Assembly: GCA_051362555.1 (NCBI GenBank)
Contig: CM120641.1
Coordinates: 18,352,001 to 18,416,000 of the forward strand
Direction: 5' to 3'
Length of the DNA stretch: 64,000 nt
Source: Lingula anatina
Taxonomy: Eukaryota > Animalia > Brachiopoda
This document shows, piece by piece, positions 11,615-22,655 of the stretch (within the stretch, counting starts at the first letter, position 1; the number at the start of each line of letters is the position of its first letter). The notes beneath the pieces are model-generated. The model was given only the letters and a program-made list of their open reading frames with translations, was not told the DNA's origin and did no database searches. The position numbers were made by a program, and so were the translations under genes.

Positions 11615-13383
11615 ATGGAGTGTCACACCAAAAGCAGGATGTTTCCTTGGTCGCCTGTAACAATAATGTTGTCTGTGGCAGTGATGTTGTTAGCTATGCA
11701 GACTGTCAATGCACAGAACAATACTGAAACTGGTATAGAAGGCGAGGATCCCCACTATGACAAATGCCTGGGGATACGTCCCTGTAAGAAAGGGAATATG
11801 TTACCAGTTTGGCAGCCAGATGAAAACCTCAGTAGTGGAGACAAGGCAGCTAGAGCTATAGTGTACTTTATTAGCCTGATTTACACGTTTCTGGGAGTTT
11901 CGATCGTAGCAGATCGTTTCATGGGAGCGATTGAGGTGATTACTTCCAAAGAAAAAGAACTAACAGTCAAAATGGCCAATGGAGATACACAAATTGTAGT
12001 GGTACGGGTTTGGAATGAAACTGTTTCAAATTTAACTCTTATGGCTCTTGGTTCTTCAGCCCCTGAGATTTTACTGTCAATTATTGAAATTTGTTTTAAT
12101 AATAACTTTAAAGCTGGAGATCTTGGCCCTGGTACAATTGTAGGAAGTGCAGCCTTTAATCTCTTTGTCATCATTTCAATTTGTGTGTATGTTGTCCCTG
12201 AAGGAGAAGTGAGACGCATAAAGCATCTTCGCGTTTTCTTTATCACTGCATCGTGGAGTATATTTGCATATTTGTGGTTGTATTTCATTATTGCAGTAAT
12301 AACACCAGGGGAGGTGAATCTCTGGGAAGCTGTCGTTACGCTTATGTTTTTCCCTCTAACTGTAATAAGTGCATACATTGCAGACAAAAAACTACTACCA
12401 CATAGATTTTTGAGGAAAAGATACAGGGCGAATCGTGGGAAGACCATGGTGGTGCAAGCAGAAGGCGATGTTGAATTGGCAGACGGTAAAGCAAACAATG
12501 TAGAATTCAAGGGGCTTGAGGATGCTGGGGAGGATGTTCGTGAATTTGAGCGCCATCGGAAAGAATACATTGAAATTCTGCGAGAGCTTCGCAAAAAGAA
12601 TCCCAATGCTGACATGAAAACATTGGAGGAAATGGCAGAATATGAGTTGCTGAACCGTGGGCCAAAAAGTCGAGCCTACTATCGCATCCAAGCCACTCGT
12701 AAGCTTACTGGTGGGGGTAATGTCATCAAAAAGGCTAAGATTGAGAAGACACTTCATGAAGAGGCCGAGGAAAAAGAGGAGGAACCAGATGACAACATCA
12801 CCAGAGTATTCTTCGACCCTGGGCACTATACAGTAATGGAAAATGTTGGCAAGTTCAGCATCACAGTTACCAGGAAGGGTGGCGACTTGAGCCAAACCCT
12901 GTATGTAGACTATAGAACGGAAGATGGGACTGCCAACGCAGGCACTGATTATGAGCATGCAGAGGGCACTGTCATATTTCAGACCGGGGAAGTTCACAAG
13001 CAGTTTGAAGTCACCATCCTGGACGATGACATCTTTGAAGAAGACGAGCACTTCTATGTCCATCTAAGCAATCTGCGTCTTGGTGATGCCAATGGAATGT
13101 TTCACAGTCATGGCCAGCATGATCAGGAGCTGGTCAAACTGGACACCCCATCTACAGCCACTGTCATGATCCTAGATGATGACCATGCTGGTATCTTCCA
13201 TTTTGCGGAGAGTGAAATGGCTGTGGTTGAGTCTGTTGGGCACGCAGAGGTGAAGGTGTGTCGGTCTTCTGGGGCACGTGGTCGTGTGAGACTACCCTAC
13301 CAAATCACTGAAGGAACAGCCAAGTTGGGCAAGGATTTTGAAGAGGAATCTGGGGTCTTGATATTCGAAAATGATGAATATGA
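11615..13383 (+). CDS. SLC8A1: Sodium/calcium exchanger (SLC8A/NCX family), large first coding exon: signal peptide, N-terminal TM segments with alpha-1 repeat, XIP, CBD1 and first half of CBD2
   Basis: VSNLTLMALGSSAPEILLS and GSAAFN alpha-1 motifs; Calx-beta DDDIFEEDE and DDDHAGIF; ends GA|gtgagt (phase 2). First ATG in AAGATGG. Probably co-orthologous to SLC8A1-3, so the symbol is indicative. Confidence 0.97.
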
Positions 13384-16330
13384 GTGAGTATGCAGTCCTT
13401 TTCCTCACCATTTTGCCTGTTTGAAAATGTTTTAATTTATCTTCCAGTCCTGCTTGCCCCTAATGATCCTTTTTCCTGTAATATATCTACACTTTTCAGT
13501 TTGCCCCTTTCCACATGTATAAAACGACTGTCAGAATATATTATTTTTAGTATTCTGTAACTCACTGTTTGCCCTTCTAATTATGTTCCAAAATGATCAA
13601 AAATACACTGTGCCAAGAAGTTCATTTAACCTTTTGCATGCACCAATATTACCCCAACTGCTGCAGTGTGAGAGCACTCATGAAATCCTCATGCAGTATT
13701 AAGTGCTCATTCCCATGAGGCATCTGTCCACTGCTTCTCCAGATATGAATGAAATCATTGTACTTTTAGTACTATTATTTGATTGCCTTATATTCCCAAC
13801 AGCCCTTAAAATTTTCTATGTGGTTTGATATAATTGGTTAGTAGGATTCCTTTTTTAAACTTACAATGTTATGAGAATGCAAAATAAGTATTACTAGGAG
13901 AGATGTCTACAATTTTTATTATTAAAAAAAGCACAGTACAATTCTACAGAAGTTTTTAAGTGAAGGGTGCTTATCATAAATGCATAAGAGGCATCATATA
14001 AAAACAAGAAACTTACCCATATAAAAAAGTACAAAAAAGTAAGTACAAACAAAAAAAACAAACATTTATATGTTTTTTCTTTTTCTTATACTTGCGAATT
14101 CAAGATTTTACAAGGAAGGGGGGTCATTAGGGTACAAAATTATTTTTGTTTGACTTTTTGCACCATTTCCTCATGTGAAACAAAATATGAGAATTTAAAG
14201 GGTGTGTGTGTGTGGGGGGGGGGGGGGGGGGGGGGGCTTGTTACACATATACTTGTCTTCCATCTTCTATTGAATTATTCACAGTAATGAGATTTTTCCA
14301 ACTATCTGCAGATTATCGCCTGTTTGGGAGCCAAAAATATCATTTTTGAGATTGATACAGGCACCCCCAGGACCCCTTGCCATATTTATCTATAAATATC
14401 TATAGACTTTTTCACAAAATGGCAGTCTCATCCATGTGTTCAACAAGAAATTCAAGAAAAGTGGTCTTGTAATCAAGTAATATCAGTTTAACTATATCTG
14501 GATGTGGATAGTCAAGCCAGCTATGATCATGGCCTCATTTGCAGAAGTAATGTGTTCTTTAGCTTGACTTGCTCTCCTGTTTGGATTGGGTTTGCTTTCC
14601 ATCAATACCAAGCCTAGAATGGTGTGATAACAAAATATAGAGAACATCAGCTATATGAATCAATTAGCCTATTGTTTGCCAAGCTCTTGCATTATAAATA
14701 GAACCCCCTGTTTTGTATTTATATAGGTAAATTTTAGTCATAGCATGGCTTTCCAATGGATATTTGATTTGATTTCATGTATTATAAGATGTGGTGGCAT
14801 ATTTATACATGTTATTGTTTTGTTATGTGCTTTTATTCTTGAATTGATTAACCATTGCAGGTAGAATTTAAAACGATATGCAAGAGTTTAAAAGCACTTA
14901 ACTGTGTCTCAAAATAGATACCCCACCTTTGATAACTTTTTGATGATATGTCTTTTAGCCTCCGTACGGTTGGTATTTATAAGAAAACATACAAACCTTA
15001 CTTAGGAGTGACAAATATTGCCTAATTTTAATTATCATACATTTGGAAGTTTGATTTAACTGTGTTACTGATCATTTTGTGCAAGTTATGAATACAATTA
15101 ATTAAAGAATATTTGTGTCAGCTTTGTTTGCAAAGACTTAATGGCTGAGATTAAGGTGGGATTAACCTAGCTTTGGTTTATGATAAGAAATAAAAAAAAT
15201 TGGAATTAACGTTTGGCTTTTAAATGGATTTTTTCAGGACTTTTAAATTGATTTTTTGAGAATGAAATTTGCTCAAACCTGCATCCCCTCTTTTGCGAAG
15301 GGTTTACACTGCTCAGTATGGGTTTTTGTTTTAGGTAATTGATCAAATATATCTTCTGAAAGTAATATATCTGAATGTTTCACTGTTGTAGTTTTGCAGG
15401 GACATTAGGGAAATGACACATAGTGGCATTGGGCATAAATTCATCAATCCCTTGTGCTTTTTAGGATCAAAGACAAGACTTACTAGAATACATTTATAGC
15501 ACTGTTCAATATTGATTCCTTGGAGTTTCAGTTCAAAGGTTTCCAGTTGTTGCATGTCTTGTTTAATGGGTCTGATTTTGCTTCCTTATATTACCTATAC
15601 AGAATTATCCCAGAAAAAAAGTCTGAACTTGCTTTGAGAATGATTTTACCTGTTCCGTTCCACCTGAGAATGGTTTTCTGTTCTCAGTTGAGATCTGATG
15701 GCTGCCCCAGGTGTATTTTACTTTCAAAGCATTCCTCCCAGTGAAAGGTGGCTAACATGTGCAATGGGGAATTGGATAGGGCTGCTAGAATATTTATTTG
15801 CACTGCTTGATTTAGAAACCTACTGATTCGTCTCTCCCTCTCTTTCTCTCTCTTTCCACTTACCTCTCTCTCCACTCATTAATGACTTGAACTCTTATTA
15901 AACAAACACAAATTAAGAAATTCATTTAGTGAGGGGAGGGGGGATGCACACTTGAAATGTCAGTTTTATCTGACTGCCTCAGGGTATGAATTTGTGTAAA
16001 TCAAATTGCAGGTGACTTATAACAATAACAGACTTTTACATATATTTTGATTTAATTTGAGATCACTGTTAATTGTACAATATCAATCAAGTTGAACTGT
16101 TTCTGTATGAATGACACGATTTCTGAACATTTTTTTGCCATTATAGCAGTTAACAAGCAGTAAATAAAAGTCAGAATCTCATGCATTTATTCTCTTGCAC
16201 ATGAATATTTTATGTCAAAACCATAATGTTGGTAAAAAAGGATTTACCAAAGCATGTGCATGAAATGAACTGCTTGTATGAAGACTTCAAAATCCAATAA
16301 GCATCTTAAAATGTTGTACTCAGTAGAATG

Positions 16331-16333
<3 letters not shown>

Positions 16334-16407
<74 letters not shown>
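16334..16407. repeat. (TA)n microsatellite
   Basis: Seen directly. Confidence 0.95.
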
Positions 16408-16410
<3 letters not shown>

Positions 16411-17000
16411 AACAAATATTCCTGGTGTTCTGTGTACCAAGTTAGGTGAATAATTCTTTCAATATTGACATCTACTGAAGGACACATAAGAAAACTAATG
16501 GATCCTGGATTTCAAGAAGTGGGAGGGGGGGGGGGGGTAATGTGATCATCTACTCAGCAAACAGACCTTTGATGCTTAAAGAGCACATACATGAGAATGA
16601 TTAAGAGATTGAAATGTTACACTGATTATTCCACTGGGGTAAATTTCCTGATGACCTTTTCAGGGGAAATTGTAAGGAAAAAACATTGGCTTTGTAATTA
16701 CAAAACTAGATTTCAGCATGACTAGTAGGCTTTCTCAATGTAGGCATGCAAAATTCTGATCACAATAATTACCTTTATAAATATACATTTGCATATTCAA
16801 AAGCAGAAGTGGATTTTATAGCAAAATCATTCTGTCTTGCCATTTTTTTATATTTGAATGATAGTTAATACTGTGGCAGCAACTTTTTTTCATGTGATTT
16901 GTGTTCATGCCATTTATAACCAGAACAGACTAAATGGATTCATTAAATGACCAGATTATATGTAGGTCAAATAATTTGATTGACCCAGGTGACCACATTT

Positions 17001-17164
17001 GGTCTGTTTTTGGTCTAAATTCAGCCCAATGTGAATGTAGCTATGGAGACTACTTACTTAGGCCCGTCGCCCATCTGTTTAGGTCTGTTTTTGGTCTAAA
17101 TTCAGCCCAATGTGAATGTAGCTATGGAGACTACTTACTTAGGCCCGTCGCCCATCTGTTTAGG
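17001..17164 (+). repeat. 81-bp exact tandem duplication
   Basis: 17001-17081 repeated at 17082-17162. Confidence 0.92.
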
Positions 17165-17480
17165 CTCATGGCCCATGGATGGGCTTCAGTCATCGACAAC
17201 CCTCCACTAGCACATTCTATTCTGGGTTGCTCTTCTGGGCTGCCCCAGCGGCTTGCTCTCAGTTGTTTCGAGGCTGGCCTCCCTTCCTCTCTGGGTGTGT
17301 TTTGGGCCTGGCGTGTGGTGCTGGATGCTAGTTGCCTGAGGCTGTGTCCGATCCAGCCCTACTTCCTCAGCATTATCTGCTTGGCCACTGGTTCCTGTGC
17401 TGCTCTCTCCAACAGATCTTCGTTCCTGATCTTTCCAGCCAATGTATCTTGTAGATGGAGAGCTTGGATAAGTTGTCGCT
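17132..17480 (-). mobile_element. Degenerate 5'-truncated RTE-clade LINE 3' fragment
   Basis: Minus strand, with frameshifts and stops, gives IYKIHW..KIRNEDLLERAAQEPVAKQIMLRK.GWIGHSLRQ..SSTTRQA, typical of an RTE ORF2 C-terminus; short (TAAG)n tail. Confidence 0.8.
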
Positions 17481-18360
17481 AAACATGAAGGACTTCGGTA
17501 GTTTTTTAATCAAAATAAAGCAAAATTTGAAGTTGGTAACCATGACTCAAATGTATTATGTATAAAACATTTACATTTCACTACATAAAAAAAGAAGTCA
17601 AAATTCACAGTGAAGCAGATAGGTTTACAAATACTAGATGGTAGTTAATTTTGAGGAGCATCACCTCTATGCAAAAAGAAAAGTGAAGTTGACTTTGGAC
17701 ACTAAGAGAAACGTATTGAAAGGACAATTAAGATTCATGATATTGTGGTACATTTTGTCTTGGAAATTTCCTCCCTGAGTCTCAAAACTTTAATGTTGTG
17801 GGAAAATATTTGGCTATAAGAGAACAAAAGTGTGAGGGCTTGGTGCAGCATTAGCAACTGTTTGCATTTCTGTTCTTAATGTGTAAAAAAGAGAGGAGAG
17901 AGCAACTCGGTGGGTACTTGATTCCACATCCCTTTTCCATTGTCCAATTTTCAGTTTGAAATGGAATTTACATTTATTTCTAACTGTGTCTATGTTTACA
18001 CATCCAACAATGTCTTGTATAAAACTATTTTTAGACCTAGTGTTAAAGGGATAGAGTTGAAAAATAAATCGATCCTTTCATAGGCTGTAAAATTAGGTAG
18101 ACTATGTATATATGTAAAGAATCTAATAGCCTGTTTGCCTTATTTTTGTCTTTTAACAAAGCCCTCAGAGGAAAGTATGATTGTTGTAACATTGATTTTT
18201 TAACCTCAGTGGTGACAGACGGTCACTCAGGTGTGTTAACTATATATTTATTGTGGGCCAATCATTTGCCACTGATTTGTAAAATACTCTCAAGACCAAT
18301 ATCACAAAGTCGACTTCGTATAGTCAGCTATTTGATGCCAGCAGTCTAAGCAAAGCTTAA

Positions 18361-18697
18361 AGGGATAATAACTCTTCGTATGAGATCTATATTTCACAAT
18401 AAAAACATTGTGAATAACTCATAGAAATATAACATATTCTGTTTTACCACAAAAACGGCAGTTCTAGCTATTATTCTGATATCTGAGCTTGTCTTTAGAC
18501 CACGTGACCTCCATTGATGGCTATACTCTGTTAAAATCTCTTAAGAGATTTTAACAAAAAACCAAACATTTAGGAAAAAAACCCTGGACTAACATTGAAT
18601 GCAGGAATGGGGTCGTTGACCATTGGTAAGTACGGGAAAATTGCCGTTTACTCCAGGAAAATCCAATTTTTGGCCAAAACGAAGAGTTATTATGACT
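18361..18697. mobile_element. Non-autonomous DNA transposon (Kolobok-like MITE), copy 2
   Basis: TIRs agggataataactcttcgt / acgaagagttattatgact with TTAA on both flanks. Confidence 0.75.
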
Positions 18698-20897
18698 TTA
18701 AGAACTTGACTTTTTGCAAAACAGGCCTTGGGTAGGTAGTAGATGATATTTATGTGTCATGATTGGTGATACAAATTATGAGTGCACGTGTGCATGCATG
18801 GAACACATGCGCATACTTTGTTCCAAAATTAATGCAGACATGCTCTATTCTGTTTCCTCCATTGTTCGATACCCTGGGATTTTCTATGCTGACTCCATTA
18901 CCTAACACTATAAACACATGTCATTAGTGGGAAATAATATCATTGATGTTTGATTTATATATAGAAATAAGTTTTTTATTAAGCATGATTGGTAATCACT
19001 CAAAAGTTAATTTTTGGAAGGCAAATGGGCAAAATTTATTGATGGGGAGTACCATTACTGCCATAACAGCTGCACCTGGTTCTTGAGGTATTTTATTTCT
19101 TTATAGAAACATAGAATATCTTTCTCATAAATGTTAAATTCTAAGCAAGCACTTTCTTGCCACTATCATTATGAACCTGCCAGGCCATAGATTTTACTCT
19201 GCAATTATCCAGCATGTTGCCCATCAGTGATGAACAAACAAGATGGACTATTGATTGTGAAAGCACACATAACCCAGCTTTCCTCTCTCCCTCGATCTCT
19301 TGTGATATATTTCAGATATGTGGTGAACTACTTTTAAAATATCAGTTAACAAAACATGGGAAGTTCTTATCTATTCTTTAATATTTTCATGATGATACTT
19401 GTATTTCATATGTGGAGAAAAAGCAAAGTACTGGTTGATTACTAGTATTAAAGTCATTTTAAGAAGGTGAAAATGATGGGGGGGGGCAGTATAGGTAGTC
19501 AAAACTTACATGATTGACTATTGCTGTGTTCATACAGTCTCATCAATATAATATGCATCCAGCTGTCAACTAAAAATTGATCATATTGATTTATGAAGAG
19601 AATGCAACAGGTCTCTATGCAGAGCACAGACCCTTGGTCTGCAATTTCAGGGGAGGGGGAGGGGGGTTTGAAAAAAAACTTTTTATTCCACCTTTGTTTG
19701 GCCAAAATCCAGTCATGCAGTAGTAGAATTTGATTCAGATTGTGATTCAGAGCATGCCTATCTGGAAAAAAATGTTGTTTTTCCCAGTTGGGGGTGACAA
19801 ATGTATTAGAAATACTGTCTGTGGCATGGAAGCCAATTACAATCAGAAGATGCACTAAGGTACCTTGGACTTTCCGAGAAATGTCAACCTGTATTATGTG
19901 GGTGTGTGTTAGTGTATACGTGTATGATATTCCAGTGTTAAAGGGAAAAAATACCTAGCTGTCATAAATATGTGGGTTATGAAACAAAATCAACATTAGT
20001 GCCAACAATAGTGAAATACCAAGTGGGAAGTGACAGTTACATTTGACTGTCAATGATGTCTACCAGTATACCAGACAAACTATGATGGATGATTAATTTT
20101 TGATTTGATACTTAGTTTGCCTTTCCATATGCTATAATTACTAGGTTAAAAAATATTGCTGTGTAATACAAGCAGATATTCATGATGGTCATGTTGTTTG
20201 CTTGGTTAAAAACTTAAAAGTGGGTTTTGAATGGGAGAAGATTGTCTATGGCAGGTGACATTACCGGTGGTGAACCATAGAACACTATAGCTGTCAAGAA
20301 GATTGCTCTTTAACCCCATCATCAAAAGAGACAAATTAGTGATTACAAAGCAACCACCTACATATATCAACACCACTGCTATTAGTGAGACAAAAAACCG
20401 ACATATTGAGCACCAGTATAATTTTTAAGAGGAACTTATCAGGACTGTAAAAGGTGTATAACTCTCAGGCTGGCCAGGTACTCTTTTAGATGCAGTAGAC
20501 AAGACTGCTATCTGCTTGTTAACCTTGGTCCAGTCATCCAGTTTTGGTTTGTTGATTTTCTAGACATGAAATTGATTTTTTTGCATCAAATTTTAATTTT
20601 CTACTTTCAATTGCTTTTTTAGTTCCTTTTTTAGCCATTAAAGTACTTATATTAGAACTGGTTCAAATTAAATGTACACCCAAGTCTTTATGTTACTGCA
20701 AATATTTCCTGCTCTACATTTTCTTCATCTAGTCTTTTAATATGCTGTTTAACATTTACTGGCAAATCCAGATATGATGATTTATTAAAAAATCAAATAT
20801 AAGTAGGTCATTAGGAACGGAAGCCAAGTGAAAAAAAGGCACAAAAATATGTTATCTGATATTGGTTATTTATGGACCTTTTTTTCCTCCCCTCCCC

Positions 20898-20928
<31 letters not shown>

Positions 20929-22430
20929 AAACACACACAAAGGAGAAGTGATTTAAATTTTTAATTTTTATCCATTTCTATAATAAGTATATAGCAGACA
21001 TGGACTCATTATTTAGATAAAGCCATTGTAATGATGTCATCCCATTTTGATTGGTCAATATAGTTTCTTAGTGGCAAAGTTCTGTCATTAAAATTACATT
21101 CTTATCTTCATTTGGGAATGCTACAATTCCTAGTTTGCTTTTTGATTGAATGTTTTTCGCTAATATTTATAGCAATTTGTTGAATGAATTCAACATGTTA
21201 TTTAACATATGAAAAGTTATTTCACAGTGCTCACCCATGAAACCAAGTTAGTGAGATTAGAAGCTAGGTAATAAAACTTTGGAAGGTATTGTCAAAGCAA
21301 GGGGAGTAAGTTTGCTGCAAATATCCCAATCTAAAGATCAAATACATTTAGGACTTGAGGCTATATTTTTAGAATGATATTTGCTTAACCTCGTGCGGGT
21401 ATAGATGTAAGCTGCTATGTCATCTATAGGATGATCTAGCTTGTAGAAGAAAACTTTGTTGAGTTAATGTTTTTTATCCATGTGTGAAAAAAAAGGACAT
21501 TTATTTTGCCGTACATTCTTGATGAACAACCCCCAGATGGAATTATTTAAATCACTGTACAAGTAGATGTCCAATAGTAAAAGACCACCTTTAATCAATG
21601 TGTTATGAGAAAAGCATGGTTTAGATCCAAGGTACGTCTGCAGAAACAGAAATAAACATACAACTGTACAAGTCATCTAAAGTTATACAAGAAATGATTG
21701 AAACCCTGTGTAGACATGCTGTACGCAATTATGAGAGCTGCGCAATGATATCAGTTGCACATTTCCCTCTCCATTTCTTTTTATGGGATAATGCTTGACC
21801 AAGCCAGTGCTGAGGTTTACCGTATACTCTGAGCTAAATGAATGTCTTTCTTCAAAACAGAAAGCTATAGTCAAATAATGAAAGTTGCATTGCTTAGCAA
21901 AGGTAGTTACTAGTACTCTTTTCATAATTTTTGCAAAAGCTTTATTTATTTTTCCTGTTTATTCAAGTTAACTTGATCATCAGATTACAGTATGCTGACA
22001 CCTTAAGTTAGTTCCAAATTTAGATTCCTTGATTTAGCTCTACCAAGCCGGAATACCAAGTTAAAGGTACCGTGTGATATAATATCTTTCTTTTTTTTTT
22101 TTTTTTTTTTTTTTTTTTGAAAATGAGTGGTAGCGAACTGCATTTAATTTTTTTCAGATTTCTTTGCAAATGTATAATAAGAACATTAATATGAAAATGA
22201 TATATGAATAAATTGATGTGTTTGAGATAAGGGTGTTTTACTCCACATGTCCACAGTACCAGACAATCTAATAAGAACTTGATCCAACACTTCATATTCC
22301 TAAGGTTGAGTCTCATATCTTCATCTGAACCCTTATATCCATGGAAATGAAATGGTTATTTCTCTCATTAGTCATGTGTGTAGACATTCTGACACTATTG
22401 GCAATTTCTCTGTACTTCTTTTTTATATAA

Positions 22431-22655
22431 GGGTGTATTCCCAGAGATTTAGATCGATCCAGGGATTAAGATTTAGATTGACCTAACTCCCTGGGGGTTC
22501 ATGCTAAATTGCAGTCAGCCAAGTGCGCACCTTAGTTAATTACCCCCTTACAGCTTTCAGTAGGCGGGACAGACGCTTAAGCTGGCTAAGCTGACAGTAA
22601 TCTAGTGAGACTCCCCACAGGGATAGATCGATCTAAAATCTATGGAAATGGGGTC
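22431..22655. mobile_element. Palindromic PIF/Harbinger (Tourist-like) MITE
   Basis: Inverted arms containing agatcgatc, TAA flanks; core shared with 58103-58347. Confidence 0.7.

Noticed and set aside
11881-13063. Antisense ORFs of 244 and 222 aa
   Set aside because: Shadow frames of the NCX exon with no recognisable domain
13384-13387. TGA ending the 604-aa ORF as a true stop or recoded codon
   Set aside because: It lies inside the GTGAGT donor and the frame continues at 43658
16934-17482. 182-aa plus-strand ORF
   Set aside because: Produced by the 81-bp duplication and the antisense of the RTE fragment
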